NCBI GenBank assembly: GCA_963422205.2
Contig: CAXMWX010000005.1
Coordinates: 448,001 to 512,000 of the forward strand
Source of the DNA: Gammaproteobacteria bacterium
GTDB lineage: Bacteria; Pseudomonadota; Gammaproteobacteria; Eutrophobiales; Eutrophobiaceae
Length of the DNA stretch: 64,000 nt
Reading direction: 5' to 3'
Below are positions 27,464-35,997 of the stretch, one piece after another. A program made the position numbers and the translations under genes. The notes below the pieces were generated by a model. That model was not told where the DNA came from. It saw only the letters and a list, made by a program, of their open reading frames with translations, and searched no databases. Position 1 is the first letter of the stretch. Each line of letters starts with the position of its first letter.

Positions 27464-29338
27464 ATGAACAAAGGCACACCTGAAAAAATGATACTCACCT
27501 CCATGGACATCGCCGGCGAGAAGCGGGCGCAGTTGCGGCGGCTTTTTCCCGAAGCGTTTGGTGAGGGGGGTATCGACTTTGAGCAGTTGCGCCGTGCGCT
27601 TGGTGATTGGGTTGCGCCGGGTAAGGAGCGCTACGGTCTGAGCTGGCCGGGCAAGGCCGATTGCATGCGGGTTATCCAGGCGCCCAGCATTGCCACGCTC
27701 AAGCCCGACCGGAAGGCGGGCGTCAACTTTGACGCGACGCAAAATGTGTTTATTGAGGGCGATAATCTGGAGGTGCTCAAGCTGCTGCAAAAGGCGTATT
27801 TTGGCAAGGTCAAGATGATTTACATCGACCCGCCGTACAACACCGGCAAAGAATTTATCTACCCCGACAAGTATCAGGAAAACCTGGCCACCTATCTGGC
27901 CTATACTGGCCAAACCGATGGCGAGGGGCGCGCGTTTGCGACCAACACCGAGGCGGGCGGGCGCTACCACGCCAACTGGCTGAATATGATCTACCCACGG
28001 CTGTATTTGGCGCGCAACCTGCTGCGCGATGACGGGGTGATCTTTATCAGCATCGATGATAACGAGCAGGCGAATTTGAAGAAGGTGTGTGATGAGATAT
28101 TTGGGGCAGAGAATTTTGTTGGCAATGTAGCATGGAAAAAAACCAGTGGTGATAACAAACCGTCATTTGCTTTCACCCATGATAGCATCTTGATATATAC
28201 GAAATCGCTCAATACATTTCCAAGAACTCCTCTAAGTCAAGATCAAAAAAGACAATACAAAAACCCTGACAACGATCCCAAAGGGTACTGGGCTGAAAGT
28301 GACTATCGCAGCAAATGGTCAAAATCTGAAAGACCGAATCTATATTATGGAATCACAAATAGAAATACTAAAGAGTTGATATTTCCCGATACATTTTCAA
28401 GCTCATCAAGGGTATGGGGCTACGAAGAAAAAACACACATTAAGAATGAAAAGCTGGGTCTTGTTTGGTGGGGATTAGATGGCAAAGCAAAGGAACCTAG
28501 AAAAAAACGCTATCTTTCAGAGCACAAAGGAGCTAATACGAGGAGCCTATGGCTAGATGCAGGTACAAATGATAATGCAAGTCAAGAATTAAGAACTTTA
28601 CTTAATGGAAACCATTTTGACAATCCCAAGCCAGTGAGTTTGCTGAAGCGAATTATTGGCATAGTTGCCAGAGAAAACGACCTCATCCTCGACTTCTTCG
28701 CCGGTTCTTGTACCACGGCTCATGCGGTGATGCAGCTGAACGCCGAGGATGGCGGCAACAGGCGCTGTATTTCGGTGCAGCTGCCCGAGCCGTGCGATCC
28801 TAAGTCGGAAGCCTACAAGGAGGGCTATAAGAACATCGCCGAGATTGGCAAGGAGCGCATGCGCCGTGCGGGGCAGAAGATCGCGGCGGAACAGGAGGGC
28901 GGCGCGCTCGATGTCGGTTTTAAGGCGTTCAAACTTGACCGCTCCAACTTTGCCCCTTGGGAAGGCGATGCGGCGAAGATTGACGACCTTGCCGCCCAGC
29001 TTGCGATGCACGTTGACCATATCAACGGGGCGAGCAGCGCCGAGGATATTCTGTATGAGGTGCTGCTGAAGGCGGGGTTTGAACTTGCCACCCAGGTCGA
29101 GCGGCGCACCATGGCGGGCAAGGCGGTGTATGCGGTGGACGATGGCGCGCTGCTTATCTGCCTTGACAGGGCGATTACGCCGGCCTTGATTGACGCGCTG
29201 GCCGAGGCCGACCCGCAGCAGGTGATTTGCCTTGATGCGGGCTTTGCCGGCAACGACCAGCTCAAAGTGAACGCGGTGCATACCTTCAAGATGCGCGCCG
29301 CCCGCAGCGAAGCGGAAATCATCTTTAGAACGGTGTGA
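27464..29338 (+). CDS. mod: Type III R-M methyltransferase subunit (N6-adenine, beta class)
   Basis: ERYGLSWPGK, IEGDNLEVLKLL, IYIDPPYN, FISIDDNE, PKP, LDFFAGS; central AT-rich variable region; upstream of res. Confidence 0.93.
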   Translation: MNKGTPEKMILTSMDIAGEKRAQLRRLFPEAFGEGGIDFEQLRRALGDWVAPGKERYGLSWPGKADCMRVIQAPSIATLKPDRKAGVNFDATQNVFIEGDNLEVLKLLQKAYFGKVKMIYIDPPYNTGKEFIYPDKYQENLATYLAYTGQTDGEGRAFATNTEAGGRYHANWLNMIYPRLYLARNLLRDDGVIFISIDDNEQANLKKVCDEIFGAENFVGNVAWKKTSGDNKPSFAFTHDSILIYTKSLNTFPRTPLSQDQKRQYKNPDNDPKGYWAESDYRSKWSKSERPNLYYGITNRNTKELIFPDTFSSSSRVWGYEEKTHIKNEKLGLVWWGLDGKAKEPRKKRYLSEHKGANTRSLWLDAGTNDNASQELRTLLNGNHFDNPKPVSLLKRIIGIVARENDLILDFFAGSCTTAHAVMQLNAEDGGNRRCISVQLPEPCDPKSEAYKEGYKNIAEIGKERMRRAGQKIAAEQEGGALDVGFKAFKLDRSNFAPWEGDAAKIDDLAAQLAMHVDHINGASSAEDILYEVLLKAGFELATQVERRTMAGKAVYAVDDGALLICLDRAITPALIDALAEADPQQVICLDAGFAGNDQLKVNAVHTFKMRAARSEAEIIFRTV

Positions 29339-29342
29339 GGCG

Positions 29343-30434
29343 GTGGTGAAGCCTTACATTCCGCAGCCACTGCCGCTCGACAATCTGGACTATCAATTAC
29401 TGCTGCCGTTGGTGGGGCAGGCGGGTGCGGCGCTGGCGCGTTACGATGGTTTGCTGCTTGGGATTCCCAATCCAGAAGTGATGCTGTCGCCACTGACGAC
29501 ACAGGAAGCTGTGCTTTCGTCAAAAATAGAGGGTACGCAGGCCACGATGGATGAGGTACTGGAACACGAGGCCGGGCTGGAGAAGCAAGGGGAAAAACTG
29601 AAGGATATTCAGGAGATATTCAACTATCGAAAAGCCTTATATCAAGCGAGTGATTATCTGGAAGATTATCCGATTCGTTTAGGTTTTGTGCGTGAGTTGC
29701 ACAAAATACTGATGGACAGTGTACGCGGCAAAGACAAATCCCCCGGTGAGTTTCGCAAGACGCAGAACTGGATAGGTGCGCCGGGTTCTCCGGTGGAACG
29801 GGCCACTTTTGTGCCGCCAGCGCCGCTGGTGATGCACGATAGTCTGAACCTGTGGCAAGCCTATATGGATTCTGATGATATTGATCCATTGCTGCAAACT
29901 GCCATTGTGCATGCCCAGTTTGAATTGATTCATCCGTTTGAAGATGGCAATGGGCGCATCGGCCGCATTCTGATCCCGCTGTTCTTGTACCAGAAAAAAG
30001 TGCTGTTTCTACCCATGTTTTACCTGAGTGAGTATCTGGAGGCGCACCGCGACCAATACTATGACCACCTGCAATCCATATCGGCAACAGGCGACTGGAA
30101 CAGCTGGCTCGCTTTTTTCTTGCGGGCGATTGCCGAGCAATCAGCCACCAATGCAAAGCGGGTTCGGCAGATCATGGCGCTGTATGATGAAATGAAGCAA
30201 CGGACTCATGAGGTCACGCACTCCCAATACGTAAACCATGTTCTGGATGCTATTTTTGCCAATCCGGTTTTCCGAACGACCGATTTGGTCAAGCAAACCG
30301 GTATCCACAAGCCAACCGCCATGAGTTTGATCCAAAAGCTCAAAAAACAGGATATTCTGCAAGAACTGCTGCCAGGGTCCGGCAGGCGGGCGGCCATATT
30401 GTGCTTCGGGGCACTATTGGCGATTACTCAATGA
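29343..30434 (+). CDS. Fic family protein with C-terminal HTH-like region
   Basis: EAVLSSKIEGT, PGEFRKTQNWIG, intact Fic motif HPFEDGNGRIGR. Confidence 0.92.
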   Translation: MVKPYIPQPLPLDNLDYQLLLPLVGQAGAALARYDGLLLGIPNPEVMLSPLTTQEAVLSSKIEGTQATMDEVLEHEAGLEKQGEKLKDIQEIFNYRKALYQASDYLEDYPIRLGFVRELHKILMDSVRGKDKSPGEFRKTQNWIGAPGSPVERATFVPPAPLVMHDSLNLWQAYMDSDDIDPLLQTAIVHAQFELIHPFEDGNGRIGRILIPLFLYQKKVLFLPMFYLSEYLEAHRDQYYDHLQSISATGDWNSWLAFFLRAIAEQSATNAKRVRQIMALYDEMKQRTHEVTHSQYVNHVLDAIFANPVFRTTDLVKQTGIHKPTAMSLIQKLKKQDILQELLPGSGRRAAILCFGALLAITQ

Positions 30435-30437
30435 TGA

Positions 30438-30533
30438 TTTGTGTATCGTTCAATCGACACAAACCTGTTTGTGTATTGAAAATCGTAAAAAACGATACAC
30501 AAGGATGTTTGTGACTATTTCGTAAGACACAAA
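30438..30533. promoter_or_regulatory. Three tandem TTTGTG...CACAA(A) inverted-repeat units upstream of res
   Basis: Units at 30438-30463, 30468-30502 and 30508-30533; also a perfect 12-bp inverted repeat TTGTGTATCGTT (30439-30450) / AACGATACACAA (30491-30502); abuts the res RBS AAGGAG. Regulatory role is inferred. Confidence 0.65.
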
Positions 30534-30542
30534 GGAGCAGCG

Positions 30543-33488
30543 ATGAAGCTCAAGTTTGACGCGGCGCTGGAGCATCAACTCGCGGCGATTGATGCGGTGG
30601 TGGGTGTCTTTGACGGCCTGCCGCTTGCGCGTGCCAACTTCGAGATTAGCCAGCGCCTCGATGGGCTGGGGCTGGTGTACACCGAGCAGGGGGTTGGCAA
30701 TGCGATTACCCTTGATGATGCCCGCATCCTTGCCAACGTGCGCGCGGTGCAGGAGCGCAACAACATCGAGATGGTGGCGGAACTTGAGGGGCCGGCGAGC
30801 GGTGGTATGCACTTTACCATCGAGATGGAGACGGGCACCGGCAAGACCTACGTCTACCTGCGGACGATCTTCGAGCTGAACAAACACTATGGCTTCAAAA
30901 AGTTCATCATCGTGGTGCCGAGCATTGCGGTGCGCGAGGGGGTGCAGAAGAGCATCGAGATGATGGGGCAGCACTTGCGTACCCTCTACCAGAACGTGCC
31001 GTTCAAGCCATTTGTGTATGACTCCGGCAAGCTCGAACAGGTGAGCGCCTTTGCCCGCGACACGACGCTCCAGATCATGATCATCAATATCCAATCCTTC
31101 CAGCGCGAGGCCAATATCTTCAACCAGGAACACGAGCGCAGCCACGGCTACCGACCGCGCGACCTGGTGCGGGCGGCCAGGCCGATTGTGATTATCGATG
31201 AGCCGCAGAATATGGAGGGGGCGCGCTCGGCGGAGGCGATGCAGAGCCTTGAGGCGGCGGCGACGCTGCGCTACTCGGCGACGCACCGGCGTGTCTATAA
31301 CCTGCTGTACAAGCTGGACCCGGTGCGCGCCTATGATTTGCACCTGGTCAAGCAGATTGAGGTGGCCTCTATCCGCGGCGATGGCAGCTTCAACGATGCC
31401 TATGTCAAGCTGCTGGCCACCGACAATGCGCGCGGCATCAAGGCGCAGGTGGCGCTGCACCGGCGCAAGCCGGGCGGCGAGGTGGGCGTTGCCAAGCGTT
31501 GGCTGAAGCTGGGCGATAACCTGTTTGCCAAATCGGGCGGCATCGCGCTGTACCGCGCGGGCTACATTGTGCAGACGATCGATTGCACGCCCGGCGCGGA
31601 GTATATCGAGTTCAACCAGGGTACGCGGCTTGCGCTGGGCCAGGAGCGTGGCGGCATGGGCGATGAGGTTATGCAGGCGCAGGTGGCCACGACGGTAGAG
31701 CGGCACCTGGAGCGGGAGCGCGCGCTCAAGGGCAGGGGCATCAAGGTGTTGTCGCTCTTCTTCATTGACCGGGTGGCCAACTATCGCGTCTATAACGAAG
31801 ATGGATCGACCGCGCTTGGCAAGATTGGCCGCTGGTTTGAAGAGGCGTTCGCGGCGCACTCGGCAAAGCCGGACTATCGGGGGCTTATCGATCACCCGGT
31901 GGCAAATGTGCATGGCGGCTACTTCTCGCAGGATAAGCACAAGCGCGCCAAGGATACGCGCGGCAACACGGTCGATGATGAGGATACCTACGCGCTTATC
32001 ATGCGCGAGAAGGAGCGGCTGCTCGACCCCGCTGAACCCTTGCGCTTTATCTTCTCGCACAGCGCGTTGCGCGAGGGGTGGGACAACCCCAATGTGTTTC
32101 AGATTTGCACCTTGAACGAGAGCAAGTCGCCCGAGAAGAAGCGCCAGGAAATTGGCCGCGGCCTGCGCCTGGCGGTGGGGCGTGGCGGCGAGCGCGTCCA
32201 CGATGAGAGCATCAACCGGCTGACGATTATCGCCAACGAGTCGTATGAGGATTTTGCCCGCACGCTGCAAACAGAGATTGAAGAGGAGTGCGGGGTTGTC
32301 TTTGGCATAGTCGATCAAATCGCCTTCGCGCGGCTCGAGCGCCCTTCGCAAGGTGCAGAGGCTTCGGAGGGGGACGCACAGCCGATTGGCCAGGATGCGT
32401 CGCGTTCAATTTGGCATTCGCTTGTCGGCAATGGCTACCTGACTGATGAAGGCGAGGTGACCAATACATTTGACCCGCAGAACCCCCACTTTGTCTTGGC
32501 CCTGCCTGCCGAGTACGCCGAGTTGCGCCCGCAAGTTGTCGATGCGATCAGCGAGTGCCTGTTCAAAAACCGCGCGGTGGATGTGCGTAAGCGGCGGCGG
32601 ATTGCCTACAATAAGCGCGTGCAACTGAGTGACGAGTTCCAGGGGCTGTGGCAGCGCATTAAGCAGCGCACCCGCTACCGCGTGGAATTCAAAACCGAGA
32701 CATTGATCGAAGCGGCGCTGCGGCGCATTGCAGAGTCGGCGGAGTTGACGCAAATCCAGCCGCCCCAAATCGTTATGACCCACGTTGCAGTGGAGATTCG
32801 CGCGGCGGGCGTGCAGGCTGACAAGATAGTCAAACAGCGTAAGAAAGCTGTGGCCCCGGTGCGGGCGCTGCCCGATCTGCTTGCCTACCTGCAAAAGGAG
32901 ACAGAACTGACGCGCAGCACCCTGGGGGCGATACTCACGCGCTCGGGCTCCGAGCAGCTTGGGAAGTTTAGGCTCAATCCGCAAGCCTTTATGACCGCGG
33001 CCAGCCGCGCCATAAGCCGCGCGCTGCATACGCTGATGATTGAGGGCATTCGCTACGAGAAGCTGGCGGGCGAGGTGTGGCAGATGAGCCGCATCGAGGG
33101 GCAGGGTGAAGCAGAATTAACCGCTTATCTCCATAAACTTTACAAAGTCCAGAATAGCGACAAGAGCCTGTTTGATTTTGTCGAGTGCGACTCTGAAGTT
33201 GAGCGCAGGTTCGCCAAGGCGCTCGATGACAATGAAGATGTGAAGCTCTTTATCAAGCTGCCGCGCTGGTTCACCATCGACACGCCAATCGGCCCTTACA
33301 ACCCCGACTGGGCTTTTGTTACCCACCGCGAAGAGCGCCTCTACTTTGTGCGCGAGACCAAGGGCACGCTCGATAGCGATGAACTGCGTGCAAAGGAAAG
33401 TGAGAAGATCAAGTGCGGCGAGAAGCACTTTAAGGAGCTGGGGGTCAATTTTGCCCAGGTCACCAAGCTGGATGAGGTGGTGATGTGA
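30543..33488 (+). CDS. res: Type III R-M restriction subunit (SF2 helicase plus PD-(D/E)xK nuclease)
   Basis: METGTGKT, IIDEPQ, RYSATH, HSALREGWDNPNVFQIC, QEIGRGLRL, YNPDWA...VRETK. Confidence 0.95.
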   Translation: MKLKFDAALEHQLAAIDAVVGVFDGLPLARANFEISQRLDGLGLVYTEQGVGNAITLDDARILANVRAVQERNNIEMVAELEGPASGGMHFTIEMETGTGKTYVYLRTIFELNKHYGFKKFIIVVPSIAVREGVQKSIEMMGQHLRTLYQNVPFKPFVYDSGKLEQVSAFARDTTLQIMIINIQSFQREANIFNQEHERSHGYRPRDLVRAARPIVIIDEPQNMEGARSAEAMQSLEAAATLRYSATHRRVYNLLYKLDPVRAYDLHLVKQIEVASIRGDGSFNDAYVKLLATDNARGIKAQVALHRRKPGGEVGVAKRWLKLGDNLFAKSGGIALYRAGYIVQTIDCTPGAEYIEFNQGTRLALGQERGGMGDEVMQAQVATTVERHLERERALKGRGIKVLSLFFIDRVANYRVYNEDGSTALGKIGRWFEEAFAAHSAKPDYRGLIDHPVANVHGGYFSQDKHKRAKDTRGNTVDDEDTYALIMREKERLLDPAEPLRFIFSHSALREGWDNPNVFQICTLNESKSPEKKRQEIGRGLRLAVGRGGERVHDESINRLTIIANESYEDFARTLQTEIEEECGVVFGIVDQIAFARLERPSQGAEASEGDAQPIGQDASRSIWHSLVGNGYLTDEGEVTNTFDPQNPHFVLALPAEYAELRPQVVDAISECLFKNRAVDVRKRRRIAYNKRVQLSDEFQGLWQRIKQRTRYRVEFKTETLIEAALRRIAESAELTQIQPPQIVMTHVAVEIRAAGVQADKIVKQRKKAVAPVRALPDLLAYLQKETELTRSTLGAILTRSGSEQLGKFRLNPQAFMTAASRAISRALHTLMIEGIRYEKLAGEVWQMSRIEGQGEAELTAYLHKLYKVQNSDKSLFDFVECDSEVERRFAKALDDNEDVKLFIKLPRWFTIDTPIGPYNPDWAFVTHREERLYFVRETKGTLDSDELRAKESEKIKCGEKHFKELGVNFAQVTKLDEVVM

Positions 33489-33602
33489 GCGGCGTTTGCA
33501 AAGACAAACTGCCAGCAGGCGGAGTTAAGGTATTAACCGGCTAACCACCAGACAGGATACATATCCCGGCGGCCCGGGTGTTTACCTGACGTTTATTTAC
33601 CT

Positions 33603-33902
33603 TTACTTAATTCTTATATCCTCATAACCACCGTCATTAATCACTTGCCTGTAGCCTGATTTCTGCAAGGCTTTTTTGGCGATGCCGGCACGATGCCCTG
33701 AACCGCAATAGAGGCGGATACGGGTATTTTTGTCAAGGCCAAGTTTTTCTATTTCACTGGCGATGCGTTCATGCGGGATATTGATCGCATTTTTAATGTG
33801 GCCTGCCTTGTACTCGGCCGGGGTTCTGACATCTATCCATACATCCGCCGCCATCGCCGGGAAGGCAAGCAGTAGGGGCAATAACAACAGCATGAATCGC
33901 AT
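33603..33902 (-). CDS. Secreted rhodanese-like protein (PspE-like)
   Basis: Signal peptide MRFMLLLLPLLLAFPAMA, WIDVRTPAEYKAGHI, active-site loop YCGSGHRA. Confidence 0.85.
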   Translation of the reverse strand: MRFMLLLLPLLLAFPAMAADVWIDVRTPAEYKAGHIKNAINIPHERIASEIEKLGLDKNTRIRLYCGSGHRAGIAKKALQKSGYRQVINDGGYEDIRIK

Positions 33903-34111
33903 CAGACAAACCCGTATAAAACACACAGGCGGATTGTCGTATAACTCAGCACCGTTGGCAACCACCTTGAAAAACGGCCGGGCCGGTGGTTGTCCCTTGA
34001 GGATGAATACTGACCGCACCGGATTAATTAAGGGGAAGTGTAATAGAACCAGCAATCTTTACCGAAAGCATAACAGCAAGCGCATACGCTGACAGACCAG
34101 AGGATCAGGCT

Positions 34112-34447
34112 GTGTACCCCGCGGCAGCGCAAAGAATGGTCTTTGTGCGTAATTTTGGTTGTGTACGCTGGACGTATAACAATGCGCTCGCCTACTGCAA
34201 AGCGCAGTACGAGGCGCATGAAAAATACCCCGGTCACTTTGATTTAACCAAGCGGTTGAAAGGCTTGAAACAGGCGAAGGCGGGGCAATGGAATCCAACC
34301 AGCACAACCTGTTCGGAGTGCGGGGTACGGGCGGGGCTTGCGCTTGCCGAGCACAGATGGACGTGTACCTGTGGTGCAACGCATGACCGGGACATAAACG
34401 CCGCCCGCAATATCGCAAAGTTCGCCCTTGACCTGGGCGCTAAGTAG
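34112..34447 (+). mobile_element. tnpB: Internally deleted IS200/IS605 TnpB remnant
   Basis: N-terminal HTH motif YP...FGCVRWTYNNAL joined in frame to PTSTTCSECG...WTCTCGATHDRDINAARNI; RuvC-I and RuvC-II absent. Confidence 0.85.
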
Positions 34448-34495
34448 CAGCAAAGTGTTCTGTCTTCCGTCCTCTGCTGCCCGCAGCAGGGTCGA

Positions 34496-34966
34496 TCACC
34501 GATAGCTGGCGGCGGTGATGAACTCGGAAAACGCCTCGCACCAAATAATGGCCGCCTTATAGTCAGCAGGGTTGATGGATTCCGGCACGGCAATAAGAAA
34601 ATTCTCGAATGTCTTGATATCGCCCACCAGGGCCATGCTCGGCTTCAGCTCGATAAATTCCGCTTCGGTCTCGACAAATGCCGGCGATAAGTACAGCTTG
34701 TAATCCGGCCCGGGCGAGACCTCGCCTTGCAGGGAAATAAACTGACGGCCTACTGACAGCGTGCCTTCGCCCCAGTGCAGAAAATCGCTGCCTGCAAGAT
34801 CCGGGCTGAACTCGGCGGTAAACTCTGCCTGGCCGGCGATGTTCTGCACGGCGGTGTTTGACGGGGCGGGGGGTGCGGTGAGGATCGGCAGCAGATACAC
34901 GCCAGCGAAGAACCCCACAGCAAGGCATGTACCATGCGTCATCAACGACAGAATAATTATCTTCAT
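34496..34966 (-). CDS. DM13 domain protein, membrane anchored
   Basis: GFFAGVYLLPILTAP anchor, SDFLHWGEG, SPGPDYKLYLSP, IIWCEAFSEFI. Confidence 0.8.
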   Translation of the reverse strand: MKIIILSLMTHGTCLAVGFFAGVYLLPILTAPPAPSNTAVQNIAGQAEFTAEFSPDLAGSDFLHWGEGTLSVGRQFISLQGEVSPGPDYKLYLSPAFVETEAEFIELKPSMALVGDIKTFENFLIAVPESINPADYKAAIIWCEAFSEFITAASYR

Positions 34967-35160
34967 GATGTGTTGCTCGTCAATGTTGCCAAGCGGCTGT
35001 AGCTAAGCAGATACGACTGTTAAAATCCCAAAAAGTTTTGCTTAACGTTTTGATCGCTGACAACCTTGCCCCGCCTGTTTAGCCGTCCTGCTGTGTTTCC
35101 CGACCGCCATGTCTGCCGCCAGCGAAATACACTGCCACAAAGATGAAGGCTTCACCCGGC

Positions 35161-35916
35161 TTACACCCCTCGCCCGTTGCCGAACAAACGCAGGTGCAGG
35201 CGATCAGAGAACCTGAAACCCTGCTGAAGCGCCCAAAGCCCCACCCGGGTTTGCATGTCATTTAACTGTGCCAGCGAGTCGGCCGCCGGCATGAGATACA
35301 CCCTGGAGTCGGCTATCTCATATTGCCGGGTTAAATCACGCAGCTCCTGCATATCGGCCTCGGTGCTGACAACAAACTTAAAATACGCCTTGTCAGACCG
35401 GGCGAACCAGCCAAGTACATCAGGGCGGATTCTTTTCTCAACCGGCACATTGGCGTTTGCCAGTTTCGGCGAGACCACATAACACGAGATAAAACGATCC
35501 AGCCCGGCGACCGGGCAGATCGTCCCATTGGTCTCCACATCAATCCGACAGGACTCATCTGCGTGAAACAATAATGCCAGCAATGATCGCAAGCGCTTTT
35601 GCTGCACCAGCGGCTCACCGCCGGATATCACCAGATTGCTGCCAGGCAAGGCTTTGATGGCGGCCAGCAAGGTGGCGTGATCAAGCTGCTGTTGTTCTTC
35701 ATGCGGCACATATTTATGCGGGCGCTGGTGCTGATAGGGGGTATGCTGCCAGTTCCATGTATACGGCGTGTCACACCACTGGCAATAGAGGTTGCATTCA
35801 GACAGCCGGATAAAAATACTCGGTCGACCGGTATGCGGGCCTTCGCCCTGGAGGGAATAGAAAACTTCCGGCTGTTTGTTCTCATCCAGTGCGATGTTGA
35901 CAGACGATGCGGACAT
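35161..35916 (-). CDS. queE: 7-carboxy-7-deazaguanine synthase QueE (radical SAM)
   Basis: EVFYSLQGEG, CNLYCQWCDT, SGGEPL, VETNG, VSPK, RLH. Confidence 0.82.
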   Translation of the reverse strand: MSASSVNIALDENKQPEVFYSLQGEGPHTGRPSIFIRLSECNLYCQWCDTPYTWNWQHTPYQHQRPHKYVPHEEQQQLDHATLLAAIKALPGSNLVISGGEPLVQQKRLRSLLALLFHADESCRIDVETNGTICPVAGLDRFISCYVVSPKLANANVPVEKRIRPDVLGWFARSDKAYFKFVVSTEADMQELRDLTRQYEIADSRVYLMPAADSLAQLNDMQTRVGLWALQQGFRFSDRLHLRLFGNGRGV

Positions 35917-35997
35917 GGCGGCAGTATGCCGTACAGGGGCAGGAATGAATAGCGCTTGTTATCGGATAGCCCGGCACCCGGATTTGCCTCCGGCGGC

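Noticed and set aside
27464-29338. Phase-variable simple sequence repeat in mod
   Set aside because: No tandem repeat tract or long homopolymer seen in the 5' region.
30450-32351. 633-aa minus-strand ORF and many other long overlapping ORFs (e.g. 4647-5471, 5126-5956, 18904-19725, 41004-41942)
   Set aside because: Antisense or shadow frames of well-supported GC-rich genes, with no recognisable motifs.
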